Assembly: GCF_008831285.2 (NCBI RefSeq)
Contig: NC_045138.2
Span: forward strand, 4,092,001 to 4,156,000
Length of the DNA stretch: 64,000 bases
Direction of reading: 5' to 3'
Origin: Nymphaea colorata
Taxonomy: Eukaryota
Shown here: positions 44,032 to 57,799 of the stretch, in pieces
How the letters are laid out: the number at the start of each line of letters is the position of its first letter
Position numbering within the stretch: the stretch's first letter is position 1
Translations under genes and position numbers: made by a program
Notes under the pieces: generated by a model
The model's input: only the letters and a program-made list of their open reading frames with translations
Told to the model about the DNA's origin: nothing
Databases searched by the model: none

Positions 44032-46745
44032 AATAGCTCGGGTGACATCTAATAAATGGCGATTTTTATGTTCGGCCACGTCATTTTGGGGAGGAGTATA
44101 ACTACAGGACGTCTCATGAACAACACCCTTGCCCCGCAGGAAGTCATCCAGAGATTGGGAGACATACTCCCTGGCATTATCAGTACGGAGTGTCTAAACA
44201 GAGGTCTGAAATTGATTTTCGACAAAGGCAACAAAATTTTTGACAACGACAGGAACCTCACTGCGTTCTTTCAACAAATACACGAACGTACAATGGGAGT
44301 AGTCATCAATCAGAGTCATAAAGTAATGGAAACCACGACAAGTGGGTACTCCCGAAGCACCCCAAACATTAGAGTGAACCAAAGCAAAAGGACGAGTGGT
44401 TTTATTGAGAAAAATAGGGTACGAAGCCCTAACATACTTAGCAAACTGACACACTTCATATGTGAAGGAGTCCATGGAAACAGAAGTAAACAACCTAGGA
44501 AACAACTTCTTAATCAACTGGAATGGGAGATGTCCAAGACGCTCATGCCATCTCATAATGCTAGACCTGTCCTCCACGCCCGTCGACTGTCTGCTAGTGG
44601 CTGAGATGAGAGCAGAGGCAACCTGTACGGGGCAGTCTGTAGAGGCCATCAATAACCGAACCAATCCCAATCTTCCTCCCCGTCACCAAGTCCTGCAGGG
44701 TACAATGATCAGCAGAGAAAATTAGATTACAATTGAGTTCTTTGGTGATACTACTGACAGATAACAAATTCACAAGAATATTGGGAACATGAAGAGCATT
44801 ATGCAAAAGATATTTATTTAATAAGGACAAACTTCCTTTTCCAGCCACAGAGATCGAGGACCCATCAGCCATAGATACGCGTTGCTGCCCTGAAGACAAT
44901 TTGTACTCTTGAAACATCTTAGGGTTCCCTGTCATATGATGAGTAGCTCCACTGTCAACTACCCAATCACCAAGTAAGGGATTACCTTGATCACTTGTGG
45001 CAACAAGAGCTTGGGCTAACTGAGCTCCCTCAAACGTGGAGGCATCCTCCTTAGTAGTAGATAACCGGCTGATGTAAGCTTGTAATTCTTTGATTTGGTC
45101 AGAGGAAAGCTTCGGTTTTTCAACACTGGGAGAGCTAGTATCAGCCATAGGAGGACCCCGCCTACCAGAGGGAGGACGACCATGGGTGAGCCTCTTCTCA
45201 GGATGAAGATCCCAACAAAAATCAACTGAGTGTCCCAACTTGTTACAATGACTGCAACACTGAATGGGACGCTACCCAGTCCCTGGAGCACGGCCAACAA
45301 AAGCAGAGGGTGAACTACCATGACTGTAGTCAATATGCATCACGTGACGGCGTTGTTCCTCAGATTCCACCCGGGCATACACCTCCTCAATTCCAGGGGT
45401 CTCGTCACAGTTGAGAATTTGACTCCTAATGGATTCAAACTCATCACGCAGACCTCCCAGAAAAATAAAAGTGCGGTCCATCCATTCTTTCTGCCAGTAC
45501 AGTTCATGATCAGAACCACAATGCCAATCATCATTCACATGATAATCCAGTTCCTCCCATTTAGTCTTCAGGGCTGCATAGAAGGATGCCACAGACAAGT
45601 CACCATGTTTAAGAGAATAGATGTTGTGTTTAATCTGGTATGTACGCAGGACTCTCTTTTTACGACCATACATCTTCGCAAGCACAGTCCACATGTCATA
45701 TGAGGTCAACTTTCGCAAAATAAGGGGCTGAATATCAGCAGAAACAGAACTAATAATCCAAACCTTAACTTGACTATCTTCCAACGCCCAAGTCGCCCAT
45801 CCAGGATCAGTTTTACTAGGCGCAGGTTTCTCCCTCGTGATATAGGGCAGACGATCGCGACTAGTGATCCCAATTTCCAGCGCAGCAGACCAAAAGAGAT
45901 AATTGTCTTTGTTCAGCCGAATAGAGGTGACTTGAACAGACAAGTTTTCGCTCTTGGTATTGCTGCCCGTATCAAAGTTAACATCGGTCTTGGAGGTCAT
46001 CTCTTCAGCCATAACAACCACAAAAGAAATCCAACAGTCAGAGAATACCAAAAAAAAAACGCAGGAGGAGGACCCGGGCACTATGGCACTTTGCCTACAA
46101 TGGAGGACGGGCAGCAGCAGAGTAGCGGGATTCCCGGCAAGCAGTCACAGGGCGTGGAACAGGCCAGGCGACTGCGGGCGGCGTCGAACAGCGAGTGGCG
46201 TTGGCGCAGCGGTGTCAGACCGGCGGACGGCAGCGGCGCACGCCAGGCAACAGCGGACGGCGGGCTGCGTCAGCAGCGGGACGTAGGGCGACGTCAGCGG
46301 CGGTGGGACGGCGGTCTACGTCGGTGGCGGTGGGACAGCGGGCTGCGTCGGCGGCGGGGCTAAGAACTCCAGCAAGATCAGACTTAGGGTTCAAAAAAAA
46401 AACTCTAAATCACACACGAACGAAGAAGCCAAACAGCACGATTTTGGCTATGATACCATGTAGAAACACGCAGCGGAAGAAGAGAAAGGTAAACAAACAC
46501 AAGATTTACGTGGAAAACCTCGGGATTAGGTGAAAAACCACGGGGAAGCTCTAACCTAGGGGCAAAACCGCAACCCTAGGAGAGAGAAAACTTAATTCAC
46601 TTAATCAACAATAACAATAAGTCATTAGAATAAAAGATGGAGGAAGAGAGACCCGCCTAGGGAACCGAGCCCGTCCTCGGTTCCCGCACCCATGGGTACC
46701 GGGTCCATATCCGGACCCGGTTCCCTATTACACGGTATTCTAACA
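44032..46745 (-). mobile_element. Ty1/Copia element B: 5' LTR 46459-46745, PBS, gag, protease, 5' part of integrase
   Basis: PBS variant GCTATGATACCA at 46447-46458; LTR TGTAGA...TCTAACA; gag ATG 46012; CSHCNKLGHSVDFC; WVVDSGATHH; WHERLGH; integrase cut at AEHKNRHLLDVTRA by element A. Confidence 0.93.
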
Positions 46746-48540
46746 TAACTTAACAGCGAAGGATATTATAATGGTTGGAGCAGATATGGCATTTAACTCA
46801 GGAAAATTCAACCAGGTTTGTAACAAGAGACCCTTAGCTCTAATCAGTATATCAATGATCTAATCTAACAAGTCATTCCTTCCACAAGTCGAATCAAGAA
46901 CCAAGATAGAAACAAATGCAGAGAATCATCTGGCCCAGATATGCAAACCTGATTCTTCCCAATCAAACTAAGTAATGAACAGAAGATTGGAGACGGTTAT
47001 GAGCTTTTATAACATATAATCGAATGGACCTTGGAATTTGAAATGGCAATCAAGAGCCTAGGATAGGTCTAACAAATTCTAGTAGGTTTCTCCTGTAAAG
47101 GTTCAGACTTTGAACATCTTATTTGTCTGCATTTCAATCATTTCCATCATTTGTTCCCTTCGTTTTGTTGTCTTTGGTAGCATGTTGTTCTCATACTGAT
47201 TGTCCCATTTGCAAGGTGACAGCTTTACAAGTTTTATTTCTTTGTCCCTCTCTCATACATGCTTTTATATGTGTTCTTAAGATATGAAATCTCATCATGA
47301 TCCACCAATATCATCTGTACTGGAATACCTTCAATCATCACGACCTCACCTGCCTAAGTTTATGAAAATGCTTGATTGTGATGTTTTGGTGTTGGCTGTA
47401 AAAATTTCAAACAACAAAATGTTATAGATAACTAGGGGTTTCAACAGGACAGATTCGGATCAAGCTATATCCATTGGGAGCCATATGTAACTAAATGAAA
47501 CACCAGAAAATCCACCTAGAGAATCTGATGCATTTGCATGCCTAGCCATGAGTTTTTTTTTAACATTAAATAGTGAATGAAGAAAACAAAAAAAAATGCC
47601 CCTTTTACCTTAATGCAGAAACTTTTAGCATGCTGAAGATGATGAGCCAGAAAGGCATTATCAGTACTGAAAAGTTTAACAGCAATTTGCTTTTGAATGC
47701 AGGTAACTCTCACCTATATCTCTGCTTCTAAACTTGACTGTGTCCAAACTATTGAGGAAAACAGAATCAGGAGACATGATGTCAGGTGCCATTAACTTGT
47801 ACACTTCTTTTTACAGAGGAAGCAAGTTGATCTTTCAATTCAAACTTTTGTGCTACAGAAAATAAAAGCTGCAGTTAATTGTGGGAAAAAGGTTTCTGAT
47901 ACATAACGGATTTGCATTGTGGACTTTGCACATGATGAAAGTATATGCTTCATCGTTACAGCAATAGGACCCCACATTCCCATAATTTCACATCAGCACA
48001 TACAGTGAAATACTAGTACAAAAAAGATAGGGTTTTCTATGAACTAAAAGGTAGAAAGTAAACCATCCTAATATTGTAGCCTATAATATCCATACAAATC
48101 GACAAGCCACCACCACCTTCTTGCCATGCAGAGTCTAATATTTGTACAGTTGATTTTTAACACTTTACCTTCAAGATGGTGCCAAATGCCAACCCTACCA
48201 AGCACCAAGCCCCACATGATTAATCACTTCATAAGTGCAGGCTACCTCCAGAAGGCTGTAGATTTTATCAACAATATGACTTTTCCAGATAACACTTGTG
48301 TCTGAACATTGATGCCAACTGCAAGAAGAGCTCATGGATAAGAATAACTTGCAGTGGAGGCAGGAAAGCACATTCTTCACATTGATTTTGAAATATCTGT
48401 GGCATTCCTGCAGCTTTCTGAGATTTATGCTACTTGTTAAAATAAGGACAAGCATCATAAATAAGGAAGCTGAGCACAACCTTGTTAGGCTTAAAGCTAC
48501 ATTGATCTTCTTCATCAGACAGAACTTCAGGGTTTGATAA

Positions 48541-50208
48541 CTATCCAGCTTCCTTCATCAGATAAGTCAATAAGTGTAGCATTTCATAGATCTCTTCAAT
48601 CTGATAATGAGTCTTGTCTTCTGGTGCAAAGTAGTGTCTTCTGTTTCTTATCTCAATCCAACTAAGTGCCGGTTGCTTTTTCATTCCCCTCTCCTTTATA
48701 AGGACTCGTAGCTGACTAACATGCTTCCATCTTCTAGCACCAGCATAGACGTTTGATAGACTCACATACCTCGCAACATTTGTAGGCTCCAAACTGAAAA
48801 GGGACTCAGCAGCTTCACTAGCAAGGTCCGCATTGCCATGGATCAGACAAGAACCAAGCAGTGCACCCCACATGCCCACATCAGGTTGAGAACTGATGCT
48901 TTTAAGCAACTCAACTGCTTCATTTAGACGACCAGACCTCCCAAGTAGATCAATCATGGCTGCGTAATGGTCTGATCTAGGACGTACTCCATAGTGTGTC
49001 TCCATCAAGATCCAATATTGATGCCCTTCTGATACTAAACCAGCATGGCTGCATGCAGCTAGAACACCAAGAAAGGTAACGTCATTTGGTTTCACACCTG
49101 ATGTGCTCATTCTATCAAAAATTTCCAAGGATTCTCTTGCACAACCGTTCTGTGCAAAACCAGTTATTAATGCATTCCATGAAACAATATCTCTTTCGCA
49201 CATCTGTTTGAAGTGTATTAAGGCTGAGCCTATGCATCCACACTTCGCATACATGTCAATCAAAGCATTTGAGATAAAGGTGTTGGCCTCAGGCATTGTT
49301 CTAATGATGTGTCCATGAAGCTGCTTGCCACATTCAATGAGGCCTAGACTTGAGCATGCACTTAAAACACCAACAAATGTAAATGCTGTAGGAGGAACAA
49401 ACTCTTTTTGCATTTCAGAAAAGAGCTCCAATGCCTTTTCACCTTGATCATTTTGAGAATGCCCAGTGATTAATGCAGTCCATGAGACCTCATTTTTTAC
49501 TGGCATGCGCTCAAATAGCTGGCGTGCCTCTTCTAACTGATTTAACCGAGCGTAGCTAGAGAACATTGAAGTCCATGATATTACATCTCTTTCCTCCATT
49601 CTATCAAAGACTATCATTGAAGTCCTTAAATCTCCGCATTTTCCATAAGCATCAATGAACGAATTTAACATGATCAGGTTCAGCTTAAGCCCCATAACCA
49701 CAACAGCACCATGAATCTGCCTGACCCATTCCAGAACCTTGAATCTGGAACAGACATTTAGTAGGCTAACAAGCGTGAACTTATCAATCCACATTTTTTC
49801 TTTCTGGAAGCTGCGGAAAATACCAATGGCGCCTTCCCAATTTCCACATCGAGCAAACCCGGATATCATTGAATTCCATGTGACTACATTCCTCTCAGGC
49901 ATTTGGTTAAAAAGCCCTTGTGCATCGACTAGCAGCCCATTTCTTGCATACCCACCAATGATAGTGTTCCATGTATATGCATTTCTCTCAGGCATTTCGT
50001 CAAACAGTCGGCGGGATGATGAAATTGAGTTGCATTTTGCGTAGACTTCGACCAACCGGTTAGCCAAGAAAACATTCAAATCAAGCGCAGTCTTAATAAG
50101 AGCAGCATGGACTGATCTGCCCAGTTTGAGATTGGTCTCTTTGATGCATCTATCCAGCAAGTATGTGTACAGCGAGCCACAACCTTTCTCACTAGCATGA
50201 GACTGCAT
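48541..50208 (-). CDS. PLS-class PPR protein with E/E+ domain, no DYW (probable organellar RNA-editing factor)
   Basis: Intronless ORF (first ATG 50208) with repeated ERNVVTWNSMISG/DVISWTSM/DIVSWNALITG motifs and E domain WGALLGSCLIHGN...YVSLSNVYA...GMKKQPALSWIEI. Confidence 0.93.
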   Translation of the reverse strand: MQSHASEKGCGSLYTYLLDRCIKETNLKLGRSVHAALIKTALDLNVFLANRLVEVYAKCNSISSSRRLFDEMPERNAYTWNTIIGGYARNGLLVDAQGLFNQMPERNVVTWNSMISGFARCGNWEGAIGIFRSFQKEKMWIDKFTLVSLLNVCSRFKVLEWVRQIHGAVVVMGLKLNLIMLNSFIDAYGKCGDLRTSMIVFDRMEERDVISWTSMFSSYARLNQLEEARQLFERMPVKNEVSWTALITGHSQNDQGEKALELFSEMQKEFVPPTAFTFVGVLSACSSLGLIECGKQLHGHIIRTMPEANTFISNALIDMYAKCGCIGSALIHFKQMCERDIVSWNALITGFAQNGCARESLEIFDRMSTSGVKPNDVTFLGVLAACSHAGLVSEGHQYWILMETHYGVRPRSDHYAAMIDLLGRSGRLNEAVELLKSISSQPDVGMWGALLGSCLIHGNADLASEAAESLFSLEPTNVARYVSLSNVYAGARRWKHVSQLRVLIKERGMKKQPALSWIEIRNRRHYFAPEDKTHYQIEEIYEMLHLLTYLMKEAG

Positions 50209-51798
50209 TCCTCCTCCCAATGCAAGCTAAGGAGGAGGCAGAAAACTAAATTAGAGAGGTAGAATAAAATGGAACTAATAATAATTTTACATATCGATCT
50301 AACAAAGGTACGTCTCTAGGAAAGAAACCTTTAGATAGTTATTCCAAAGCATACCTTATCAAACATCTTATATGTGCTTGGTGTCCTGAAAACCATTTCT
50401 AATCAATTCATTGCTGGCAGTATCAAACATGTCGTGGTTAACTTTGCTCTTTGAGTCCTTACTTCTTAACTATTCCACAATTCGTAGTTCTAACACGAGG
50501 AGCCATGTTAAGGGGCTGAAGATATGACCTATTCAACAATAAATCAGCTACTTTGTGACATGTGACAAACTCTGTTGTGTATACACACTTGCACTCTTAC
50601 CAAACAATCTTTTATGCTTGCGTTGATTTATTTTTTCCTTGATCTTTTATGTATAGTTGTATGCTTCATAATTCTTTTGTTTTTTGTTTCACGTCAAATA
50701 TTTTTCTTTCTAGGTCTAAAGGGTGCCCCATGTTCTTTGTTTAACACGCCCCCTCGTGTTTTACTTTTTTAGATGAAGCGACATTTTTGGTATTCAAACA
50801 ATGGGCATTTCCATCATTTTATGTGAAAAGTGACTTTTGTTTTTTATTTTGGGTTTCCAAAAAGTAGATTTCACTTTCTATTTTTGGTGACGACGTCAAT
50901 GAATCCAATAACTCAATTTGGATTAGAAATCCAATCGAACCATTCCAAATAAATTAATATCTAATTAAGAAATTGAATCATTTTCGGATATAAAAAACAG
51001 CACTTGATTGGAGTAGGATTCAAATCGATTTACTTTTAAATAAATATTCTATATTGAACACTCTTACATTTTCAAAAATGGTCCAGATTTGGTTCAAAAT
51101 TCGGATTCAGATGTGAGTTTTAAGATTTGATTTGTGAATCTGGATTTCATAAATTTCTTCCCTTATATTTGAACTTTAATTTAAATATATGTAAATATCC
51201 AAATGAAACAGATACAGTCAAGAGTATATCTGATTCAAATCTAATCTATTTACATCTCTAATTTGTAAACAAACTGCCCACTATTAGGGCCTAAGGATCC
51301 AGCTTAGCTCATAGAGTTGGCCAGTTGGGCTTAAGAGATGTTAGCTGCCTTTGACCAAAGCACACAAACGGATCATTAGAATCTCGTCCCCGAATATGCA
51401 CAGATATTAAGGACGTCCAAGAGACGACACCTTTGTAAACCATATCATCGAACACTTTGGTTACCTACTTGGGCCTAAGGCCCGCCATCGGGTTGGTTAC
51501 AGGTATCAAACCCGAAACGGGCCAGGCTGGGACCACAAAATCGCCGTCGGCTTCTTCGGGCTGGGTACTAGCAGCCTCATAACCTATATAATTCTAAGAA
51601 TATAATGGCAAAATTTGCATTAACCATTAAGTGATGGCTGTGATAAAACAGTTTAACGACGAAAAACCGGAGGAAGTGTTCAAGTAAAGAATCTCAATGA
51701 TCAATAAAAAAAGTTTCCCACTGGGCTTTACTATCAAACTGCAAAACTAGCTTTTGGAAAGAGGAGCTCATCTGCTCATTCAGAAAAACTCAAAACAT

Positions 51799-53452
<1,654 letters not shown>

Positions 53453-55534
53453 CTATAAAAGGAACATAAACTCAGAAACAAAATTCACATCCTCTTAGTA
53501 ATGAAATTATAAGATTAGCATCTGTCCTCATAATTCTTGAAACAAGTGTACTTCATCAACAAGCTATTAAAGAAGGAAACTGCCAGGACATCTTAACAGT
53601 GTAACAGCATACAATTAGCAAGAACCAACATCAAGGAAAATTATAATACAAATTTACATACACTATAAACTATAAAGTTCTGTGGGAGCCAATAACGTTA
53701 AAAGACCAGGGTTACTTAAAAAATAACACTTCACGGAACTAGTTGATTCATTTACAAGACTAAGAGTAAGCAATTGTGGACAAGAGGAACTGCAAACTAC
53801 GGCAAAGAATCCGCAAATGCAAAGGTAGCCTCTAATATGGCAAAAAATCGATTTACCATTGCATTAAAAAAAGGTTTCAGAAATCACTTCAACCACTACA
53901 CAATAAAAAGCCAAAACAGGCAGAGGAACAATGGAAGTTTATCATTCCTTTCTATTTCTCGCAATTTGAAGCTCAAGATCCCACACAAGAAAGAAACAAA
54001 CTTATAACAAGAGAAATGGACACTCTGCCCTCATTCCATTTTTTTTGCATCAAGGAAGAAAATAGAAATGAAATAGAAGAAAAGAGAACACAAATTTTCG
54101 AGTATTGAAAGGAAAATCCAGAGTTATGAACAGCAGTTCGAATAGTGGTAGAACTGTGGCTCCCCAGATAGCACGTCTGTTGAAAAGGGTCCCGAGGCAA
54201 GCTCCCGAAAACTGACCATAATCGTTTTGTATTGGCCCCAAACAAGTTTTCTCTTGAACACTACATTATTAGTCTGGGCTCACACTTCTGCTTCACAAAG
54301 GTCGTGAATGAACACAAAAAAAATACTTCAACGGTGGCTGGAAACAGAAACATAAAACCCCAGAAAGAGCATGAGAAACAACTCAACACCCATTCCATGG
54401 CAATCTATTCAATCTATAATATACATTGCTGGAGAAAATGAAGGCTCAAAGACCCTCTTCAACCAACGAGAAAGGGAGGACTCTGAGCCCTCGACTTCAA
54501 CTGCCGAAGAAAATAAGGCTCAGAGTGCTCGGCTGAAGAAAAATGGCAGGGGGAGAGAGAGAAAGAGAGAAGAAGCAATGAGAGGGTAGCAGCCTTCTAC
54601 TGACGGTGGGAAAATGATGGAGGGAAAGAGATAGAGTTACCTTTCGCCGCTGCTGAGACGCTGCGCTGGTGAGAAAATCCCCACAGGCCACAGCAAGCCG
54701 CTGTTGAGAGGAAAAATAGTACCAAGAGGAAGAAGGGAAGCGAGATGAACGATGAAGTGCGCGGACCCTTGAACGAAGCCCTAACCGAACAACAAAAAAA
54801 ATACCCACAAAAGGGAGGGGTCCGAATTTTTTTCTAGGAGAATTTTCTCCGAATCCGACTAACGTTTTCTCCTTGTTTGATAACGTGGGAGGAAAAAGCG
54901 TCCACTCCCGCAACTCTTTCCTAGTTGCACAGTGTCTTTTTTCCTGTGCATCAAACGCCCATTACAGGGAAGGCGTTTTCTGAATTCTGTAAACTCTGAA
55001 AAAAAAAAAAAAGATGAACTTAGCTTGTGTACATGGGAGTAGCACAATTAGGTCAGGGTGATCGAAGATCCGTGGATTCAAAATCGAACCCTCCCTCATC
55101 TAAGTTCATGGTGTTTAACATGTCAAATCTATGCTATTAAAATCCTCATTTTGAACAAATTGAGGATCTCCTAAAACACCTCTTTTTATGCAGTCTTAGA
55201 TGATGTAAGATCTGATGTAAGATCTAATGCTATCCAATGCAACCTTGTTAAGGGCCAATTGAGCATAAGCAGTGAATCTCCAATTCAAAACCTAGGCTAC
55301 TCTTCCTACATTGTAAATGATGACAAGCACACCGGACACCCAAGTTTAAAAGTGTCTTATACTCATAAGTCCACATAAGTCCAATAACAGCATCGGATCT
55401 CAAAGGCCGAACATATTTAGTAAACCCAAGAATCAAACTCTCCCATCCAGCGAGGCAACCGATTCTTGACAAAATCACCCAAGTTTTGGGACTTAAATGG
55501 ACCGGAAGGTCCCATGTCTGCAAAAACTTAATCA

Positions 55535-55821
55535 TGGACCTGGGGATCCGGCCAACCCTATGTTTGAAACCCGAGCTCCGGCTTAACCTGGACCCACACA
55601 GTTACAATACAAAAATATTTTTTAAATATAAAATAATGTTTGTAATATAATTTGTTATTTTTAATAATAAAATATATATTATTAAAAAAATAAAAATAAT
55701 ATTTAAAAGTTTAAAAGTTATCGAACACAATCGAGCCCCTGTTGGATCGACCTGGAACGGTTTTTTAGGCCCGAGCCCAACCAAGCCGGGTACTGGGTTC
55801 CCGTCCCGATGCCCAGGTATA
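55535..55821. mobile_element. Decayed hAT-type MITE upstream of RPL7
   Basis: Ends TGGACCTGGGGATCCGG and (revcomp) TATACCTGGGCATCGGG around an AT-rich core; no TSD match. Confidence 0.5.
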
Positions 55822-56739
55822 CATGTAACCGTTTTCTTGTCAAAACTTATCTCGAACTTGTTAGAATTTTGTTCTTTTAATATCTTGAATAATAACGTTA
55901 GAGAATACACGAGTGTCTTACGCCTATATTTTCTGATGTCTTGAAAAAGTACCACAAGAATTTACACTTTAGGTGCTTTGTTGATTGCCGGAGACGTTAA
56001 CATCTTCAACAATAAAAACCGATAGATCATGACGTCCACCTTCCAAAGGGTTGGATTTGCTCAAAAGGTTCAGAAAATATTAACATCTGATTGACACAAT
56101 TGGAAGGACTAGAATTTTTAAAAATGATATAACATCGGATTTAAATGAGAATGATTTACATTCTGTCTTAAATCAGATTTGTTTTTGAGTTCAGTCTCAG
56201 CTTTAATTTTTAAATAACGTCCTGTATTTAATTTCATACATTTCGAAAGTCAGCTTTCAATATATAATGGAATGGTTTGGACTCAATAGTTTATTTAAAA
56301 GTCGAATTGGGTTGTGAATTTAAAGTAGGAATTAGGAATGGCATCAAATTAAAATTTAGAATTCAAAGTACTCACTTCATTCATATTTGAATAAAATTTG
56401 AACCTAAATATATGAATGCTTTCTTCATTCATATTCGAATCAAATTTAGACCTAAATATATGAATATCTGAAAAATTAGATACCACAAGTTGATAGATCC
56501 CATCCGTTTACATCCCTACAGTGTCGCCGTTCCGAAAAGGAAAAAATTGCCTTGTAAGTGCAATGAACTCCATTAGCTTAAAAAAAATAGGATCAAATTC
56601 ATTTTGCAATTCAAATTTTAGTAAAACAAAGAATTCCAAGACTCGCAGACATGAAAGAATCGGAGTTTTCAACATAGCATAGGCCAAAGCATACATAGGA
56701 CCTCAGCGACATACTAGCAGCAGAGTTTCTGCTCTCTAA

Positions 56740-56900
56740 AAGACTATTTGGCAATAGGAATAGTATGTTACTGTTTCATGTATTCATGCTTACGCTAACA
56801 GTTTGGCACGATACAAAAAGATTGTTTGGCAATAATAATAGTATGTTTCTATTCTATTTATCTAAAACAATACATACCGTTCCTGTTGCCAAATGCCTCC
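56740..56900. mobile_element. Tourist-like (PIF/Harbinger) MITE
   Basis: Inverted repeats ATTTGGCAATAGGAATAGTATGT and ACATACCGTTCCTGTTGCCAAAT, flanked by TAA/TTA. Confidence 0.65.
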
Positions 56901-57799
56901 TTAAGAAATGCATCTAAGCCTCGCCATCTAACAAAAGTTAGAACTGACCAACCATTGAATGTACTTTGACTTACAGCATTCAGATTCTGTAAATTAGATC
57001 AGATACATGGCCAATAAACATAAGTCTGGTCAGTGTAATCAGATTGCAATTGGTTTGAAAAAATGACCAGCCGCGTCAGGACTCGGGCATCCGATCTTGA
57101 GCTGATGAATCTAACCAGCTGATTACATTTGCACGAGGTAAACGCATCAGTTTTGTACCCAATTTGGGAAGTAGAGCGCCATAAACAGAAAAACCAGGCT
57201 CCTCCATTTGTCCTATCTGATGTTAATAGATAGCAATCGGAAAAAATAAATATGAATCAACACATAGATTGCAGCTGGCACTTCCCTTATCAGGGAAAAT
57301 TGTTAGTTGACAATGTTCAAAGGAGAGCAGGCAATACATATGGAGAAGATGATTAGGAACCATGGATGGAAATGGGAGATCCAGAATTCCATTAACCTTT
57401 AACAGTTCAACCCCCTTTCCATGCAGCGCACGGAGCCATAGTTTTTGACAAGTCTGATTCTAACCACTATCTACAGGAAAAAATACTGATTCTGATCCCG
57501 TTTTGGGAGAAAGCAGATCATCATCAAGAGTCTAGCTATCTTCTCCGAATGTCACTGGTGAATGGTTAAAGCGTCCAACTTAAACAGATGTTAAGAAGAT
57601 GAATCATCAGAAGTTTGTTAGCAGATCCTTAAAACATGAGGATTATCTGTGCAGGTTTGATTTGTACAGGCTCCGCAGTACGTATGCACATCTTTGAAAC
57701 AAAGAAAGTGGAACCAATCTGTCATTAAAAGTCAGTCATCCCATTATTCCAAAAAAAATGTAGCCCACCTTGTCAACACCCTGTCAAGCCTTCGGCAAA

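Noticed and set aside
45770..46533. Arg/Ala-rich + strand ORFs
   Set aside because: They are antisense to the GC-rich leader and gag of Copia B.
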